NCBI GenBank assembly: GCA_012799455.1
Contig: JAAZLE010000091.1
Span: 2,422 to 66,421, forward strand
DNA: 64,000 nt
Source: Clostridiales bacterium
Lineage (GTDB): Bacteria; Bacillota; Clostridia; Christensenellales; DTU072
Reading direction: 5' to 3'
Shown: positions 60,158-64,000 of the stretch, piece by piece
Layout of the letters: each line of letters opens with the position of its first letter
Numbering within the stretch: the stretch's first letter is position 1
Position numbers and translations under genes: made by a program
The notes under the pieces: model-generated
What the model saw: the letters and a program-made list of their open reading frames with translations, nothing else
Told to the model about the DNA's origin: nothing
Database searches by the model: none

Positions 60158-61414
60158 ATGAAAAATTTGAAAGGTGCATTAATGTTTGGTCAATCAGGTG
60201 GACCTACATCTGTAATAAATGCAAGTGCGGCAGGTGTGTTTTTAGAAGCTCGTAAACATCCTAATATTACAGCTGTTTATGGACTGGCTCATGGCATAAA
60301 AGGTCTATTAGAAGAAGATTTTTACGACATGGGAAAAGAGGATGAAAAAGAGCTCTTATTGATGAAGAATACTCCATCATCAAGTCTAGGTTCGGTAAGA
60401 TACAAGTTAGCTAACATAGATAAAGACGACACGGATTATAAGAGAATTTTAGAGGTTTTCAAGAAGTATAATGTTCGTTATTTCTTCTATAACGGTGGAA
60501 ATGATAGCATGGATACATGTAATAAGATCTCGAAGTATTTATTAAGTGTGGGATACGATTGCAATATAATTGGTGTCCCAAAGACTATAGATAACGACTT
60601 GTATGGAACGGATCATTGTCCTGGGTTTGGATCTGCTGCAAAGTATATTGCAACAACATTAATGGAACTTAATTTGGATGCAAAAGTTTATGATAAAGGA
60701 CAAGTTGCTGTAATAGAAATAATGGGCAGAAATGCAGGATGGCTTACTGCAGCAGCGAGTTTAGCAGGATACAAGGGACTAGGCGCAGATCTTATATATT
60801 TACCTGAAGTGCCATTTTGTGTAGATAAATTTAAGAAAGATGTTAAAAGAGTTATGGACGCAAACAAAGGCAAATGTATAGCTTGCGTTTCAGAAGGTGT
60901 GAGGAACAAGGATGGCAAATTAATTGTTGAGGAGTTTTCGGATGAAAAATCAAAGGATCACTTTGGACATACTCAGCTTGGAGGGTTAGCCATACATTTA
61001 GCAGATTTAATTAACCAAGAATATGGAGTCAAGGTGCGTGGAATAGAGTTTAACTTAATGCAAAGATGCGCAGCACACTTAGCTTCTGCGGTTGATGTGG
61101 AAGAAGCTTTTAATGCAGGTGTTGAAGCAGTTAAAGCTGCAGTTTCTGGTAAGTCTGATATGATGGTTGCATTTGAAAGGGATATGAGCTCAGGCTCCTA
61201 TAAATGCAAATATTTCTTACTTCCTCTAGAAAAAGTCGCTAACACCGAACAAAAAGTGCCACTGGAGTGGATTATCAATAACGGGACTGCATTATCTCAG
61301 GACTTTATCGATTATGCACTTCCGTTGATACAAGGGGATTGTAAAGCTCCTTTAGAGGATGGGCTACCTAGGTTTGCAAGACTAAAGAAGGTTCAGGCCG
61401 GAATTAAAAAGTAA
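60158..61414 (+). CDS. pfp: Pyrophosphate-dependent phosphofructokinase (PPi-PFK type, by signature residues)
   Basis: PFK fold with GQSGGPTSVINAS, GGNDS (Asp at the position that is Gly in ATP-PFK GGDGS; nt 60494-60508) and PKTIDND (Lys at the position that is Gly/Ala in ATP-PFKs; nt 60578-60598). 418 aa. Confidence 0.75.
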   Translation: MKNLKGALMFGQSGGPTSVINASAAGVFLEARKHPNITAVYGLAHGIKGLLEEDFYDMGKEDEKELLLMKNTPSSSLGSVRYKLANIDKDDTDYKRILEVFKKYNVRYFFYNGGNDSMDTCNKISKYLLSVGYDCNIIGVPKTIDNDLYGTDHCPGFGSAAKYIATTLMELNLDAKVYDKGQVAVIEIMGRNAGWLTAAASLAGYKGLGADLIYLPEVPFCVDKFKKDVKRVMDANKGKCIACVSEGVRNKDGKLIVEEFSDEKSKDHFGHTQLGGLAIHLADLINQEYGVKVRGIEFNLMQRCAAHLASAVDVEEAFNAGVEAVKAAVSGKSDMMVAFERDMSSGSYKCKYFLLPLEKVANTEQKVPLEWIINNGTALSQDFIDYALPLIQGDCKAPLEDGLPRFARLKKVQAGIKK

Positions 61415-61444
61415 TATTACTAACAGGTTTGACAAGGGAGGGGA

Positions 61445-62194
61445 GTGAAGAAATTACTCCCCTTTAAAAAAGACTTAATGGAAAAGAAGACGAAAATAAT
61501 AGTTTTATTAGTGTTTGTAACACTCGTAGTTATAACTGTTTTGGGTGTGTCATTAGGGCTTACTCTAAAGTTATCGTCTCCTAAACCAGAGGTTGTAGAG
61601 GTAGTTGGGGAACCGGACTATACTATAAAAATCGAATGGAAAAAGGTCATCGGCGCTAAGCAATATATCATTAAATATAGATATAGAGATGTGTATGGCG
61701 AAAAATACGCTTTTGTAACAACAGATGATAATTTTGTTGTGATAAAACGAGTCAAAGGCAACTTGGATTTTAGTGTCCAAGCCTTAAATGGAAGGGAAAT
61801 TCAAACGAGCAATTTTTCTCATGAGAGGACATATGTTGTAGAAGGTTTGAAGCTTCCTGCACTTAAAAGTTTTGGTTTTACGGAGTTACCGTCTTTTTCA
61901 GCAAAGATAAATCAAGATTTTGAACCTGTAACGTATATCTACAAAGGAGCGGAAAAAGAAGTAGAGTTTTATGAGTTTTCTGATAATCATAATCCAGGCG
62001 ATGTAGTAGTGTTAAGCTATGCAGAGCTAGTAGAATATGTGTTTAATTTTCCCCCGGGTGAGACTTATGCAAAATTCAGACCAGTAATTTATGCTACAAT
62101 AGGAGATACTATAGTTGATGGCCCTATTGAGTTAAAAGAATTGTATGAAAACCCTACAACATATGTGGTAGTAAGACACTATAACCCAGAGTAA
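61445..62194 (+). CDS. Hypothetical N-terminally anchored membrane protein with an FN3-like exported domain
   Basis: N-terminal TM IIVLLVFVTLVVITVLGVSLGL preceded by a basic segment. The downstream pattern IKIEWKKVIGAKQYIIKYR...VQALNG is reminiscent of a fibronectin-III beta-sandwich. The start is ambiguous: GTG 61445 lies inside a GGGGAGT/ACTCCCC hairpin and ATG 61478 lacks an SD. Confidence 0.5.
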   Translation: MKKLLPFKKDLMEKKTKIIVLLVFVTLVVITVLGVSLGLTLKLSSPKPEVVEVVGEPDYTIKIEWKKVIGAKQYIIKYRYRDVYGEKYAFVTTDDNFVVIKRVKGNLDFSVQALNGREIQTSNFSHERTYVVEGLKLPALKSFGFTELPSFSAKINQDFEPVTYIYKGAEKEVEFYEFSDNHNPGDVVVLSYAELVEYVFNFPPGETYAKFRPVIYATIGDTIVDGPIELKELYENPTTYVVVRHYNPE

Positions 62195-62341
62195 AGATTG
62201 TGTTTCAAATCAAAAATAAGGCGATTATAAAGTAATTATAAAATGTAATGTGATTTAAATATGCATTTATTGAAAAAGGATACGTGATTATGTATAATTT
62301 ATGCAATAGATGAGATGAGAAGACACCTTGGAGGGTGGGAA

Positions 62342-63391
62342 ATGGATAAATTCCTCGATTATTTAGATTCTATCAGTGGCTTATTGGTAGCTATAGCGAT
62401 AGCACTTGTGGTTGTGCTGGTGGTTATAGCAATTGTAAGCATTGTTATGTCTAAGAGGAAAATAAGGAAAAAGAAGGCAGAGACTCAGGAAAATGAAGCT
62501 GAGATACGGAATATCCTTGCTGGGAAGTCAGAGCCAATAAGTTATGAGTATGAGCTTGAAGATGATGTTTTTGAGAGAGAAGCAGGCAGTGAATTAGAAT
62601 GGGTTGAAGGTCAGGCTATGTTTGTTCTTCCTGATGAGCTGACCGAGAAAACTGATGCGCAGAATGGAGAAACAAGTCCCTACAATGATAGGTACGAAAG
62701 GGTAAAACAACTTGAATACTATGAAGTAGAAGAAGCATTAGCTCAAAATAGAATGACTAAAAAAGAAACTACTATGCCCGATGAGCAAATAACTTCTATT
62801 ATTATGACACCTATACTTGCTAAGCCTAAAAAGCCGAGACCAAGCAAAGAAAAACCCCCAGTAGAGAGGGTTAAAAGTTCATTTGATGATGATTTTATTT
62901 ATGACGTAAATTTAGCAAGTTTTCCTGGTTCGATTATATTGTATAAAGACTTTAAGAATAAATATAGACTGAGGTTTAGAGCTAGTAACGGAAAAACATT
63001 AGCCCATTCTCAAGCATTTGATAGAAAGTTAGAGGCAAGCACTGCTGCTGCCAACATAATAGACATAGGAAGGCTGGCAAATTATACAGATACAACAAAG
63101 TTTGATTATATACCTGTAGTAGGAATACCCACTTATGAGGTATTTTTAGATAGTGACTTTAGATACAGATACAAATTAGTTTCATCAAACGGCAGAGTAT
63201 TACTGGCAAGTCAAAGTTTTATAAACAAATGGAATTGTATTAATGCTGTTCAAGGGCTTAAGGATGTGCTTGATTTATATGAATATTTTGACCAGACAAG
63301 AAAAAAGGAATATGTAGAAACAGAGCTATTTCAAGAATATTTAGATAGTCTAAAACACGTTGAAGAAACCATGGAAGAAAAACCACAATAA
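62342..63391 (+). CDS. Membrane-tethered protein with two C-terminal YegP/DUF1508-like repeats
   Basis: ATG 62342 has a GGAGGG SD. N-terminal TM (LLVAIAIALVVVLVVIAIVSIVM) is followed by KRKIRKKK and an acidic/Pro-Lys linker. Two repeats match the YegP pattern F.F.L.A.NG..I..S..Y......A..GI: YRLRFRASNGKTLAHSQAFDRKLEASTAAANI (about nt 62927-63079) and YRYKLVSSNGRVLLASQSFINKWNCINAVQGL (about nt 63128-63280). Confidence 0.55.
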   Translation: MDKFLDYLDSISGLLVAIAIALVVVLVVIAIVSIVMSKRKIRKKKAETQENEAEIRNILAGKSEPISYEYELEDDVFEREAGSELEWVEGQAMFVLPDELTEKTDAQNGETSPYNDRYERVKQLEYYEVEEALAQNRMTKKETTMPDEQITSIIMTPILAKPKKPRPSKEKPPVERVKSSFDDDFIYDVNLASFPGSIILYKDFKNKYRLRFRASNGKTLAHSQAFDRKLEASTAAANIIDIGRLANYTDTTKFDYIPVVGIPTYEVFLDSDFRYRYKLVSSNGRVLLASQSFINKWNCINAVQGLKDVLDLYEYFDQTRKKEYVETELFQEYLDSLKHVEETMEEKPQ

Positions 63392-63415
63392 AATGTGAAA
63401 AAAATTTTTTATAAC

Positions 63416-63443
63416 GACCAAGCTGAAGTAACTTGGTTTTTTT
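63416..63443 (+). terminator. Intrinsic terminator
   Basis: GACCAAG-ctgaagtaa-CTTGGT followed by T7, 25 nt after the stop at 63391. Confidence 0.75.
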
Positions 63444-63520
63444 AATTCTAAAATTTAGAGATTATTGTAAGTTGCAAAAACAATATTAAATTTTGCGTTA
63501 CCATACGCGCTCGCGCGTTA

Positions 63521-63549
63521 TTGACTACTTGAAGTATTTAGTTTAAAAT
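63521..63549 (+). promoter_or_regulatory. Candidate sigma-A promoter for the terminal dehydrogenase gene
   Basis: TTGACT (63521-63526), 17-nt spacer, TAAAAT (63544-63549). A GC-rich palindrome lies immediately upstream. Confidence 0.45.
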
Positions 63550-63572
63550 AAATGAGTATTATAGGAGGCATT

Positions 63573-64000
63573 TTGAGAATCGTAATATTAGATGGCTATT
63601 GTTTGAATCATGGAGACCTATCATGGGATGGGTTTTTTAGGCTTGGTTCTGTGCAGTATTATGATCGTACCGCACAAGAAGACATTGTAAAGCGGGCAAT
63701 TGATGCCGATATAATAATCACCAACAAATGCAAGATAACAAAAGAAGTAATAGATAGTCTGCCGAAATTAAGGTATATCGGTGTTTTAGCGACAGGCTTT
63801 GATGTTATTGATACAGACTATGCAAAAAAGAAGAATATTGTAGTGACGAATATCCCAACATATGGCACGGATAGCGTAGTGCAAATGGTGTTTGCCTTGA
63901 TATTAGAACTTTACACTTCTTTGAGTTATCACTTAAAAACAGTTAAGCAAGGAGATTGGGCTAAATGCCCAGATTATTGTTACTATAAAGATGGAGGGCT
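63573..64000 (+). CDS. D-isomer-specific 2-hydroxyacid dehydrogenase (glycerate/hydroxypyruvate reductase-like), 3'-truncated by the window end
   Basis: Not in the ORF track because the frame is open to the window end. TTG 63573 follows an AGGAGG SD. The translation MRIVILDGYCLNHGDLSWDGF...AIDADIIITNKCKITKEVIDSLPKLRYIGVLATGFDVIDTDYAKKKNIVVTNIPTYGTDSVVQMVFALILE matches the catalytic-domain N-terminus of the family. Confidence 0.75.
   Translation, partial: MRIVILDGYCLNHGDLSWDGFFRLGSVQYYDRTAQEDIVKRAIDADIIITNKCKITKEVIDSLPKLRYIGVLATGFDVIDTDYAKKKNIVVTNIPTYGTDSVVQMVFALILELYTSLSYHLKTVKQGDWAKCPDYCYYKDGG

Overview
AT-rich (about one-third G+C by eye), standard-code chromosome segment from a Bacillota (Firmicutes)-type bacterium. 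It is almost entirely conserved housekeeping genes in classical Firmicutes synteny blocks: serC-serA; rnj; recR-ybaB-dnaX; divergent galT/galK; pncB; pepF; dnaB; pgpH-ybeY::era-recO; ppdK; dGTPase-like-pcrA-ligA; yicC-gmk-rpoZ-coaBC-priA-def-fmt-rsmB-rlmN-rsgA-rpe; rpmB / asp23-yloV-recG; thrS; infC-rpmI-rplT; a TrmH-family methyltransferase; yebC; proA; and pfkA plus a PPi-type PFK. About eight uncharacterised envelope or membrane proteins are interspersed. I found no rRNA or tRNA genes, CRISPR arrays, transposases, integrases, phage genes or recognisable defence or toxin modules. I do not see a convincing novel multi-gene system, so this reads as an ordinary core region. The points most worth a second look are: (1) an in-register A_AAA_AAA slippery site in dnaX with a -1-frame stop two codons later; (2) a covalent YbeY-Era fusion; (3) a triplicated ~60-bp leader repeat in front of pepF; (4) tandem ATP- and PPi-type phosphofructokinases in the same window as PPDK; (5) a UgtP/MGDG-synthase-like protein with degenerate catalytic motifs; (6) infC with no canonical start codon behind an attenuator-type leader; (7) loss of stp/prkC from the otherwise conserved rlmN-rsgA junction; (8) a membrane-tethered tandem YegP/DUF1508 protein. 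All product calls rest on motifs and synteny recognised by eye. No database search was run.
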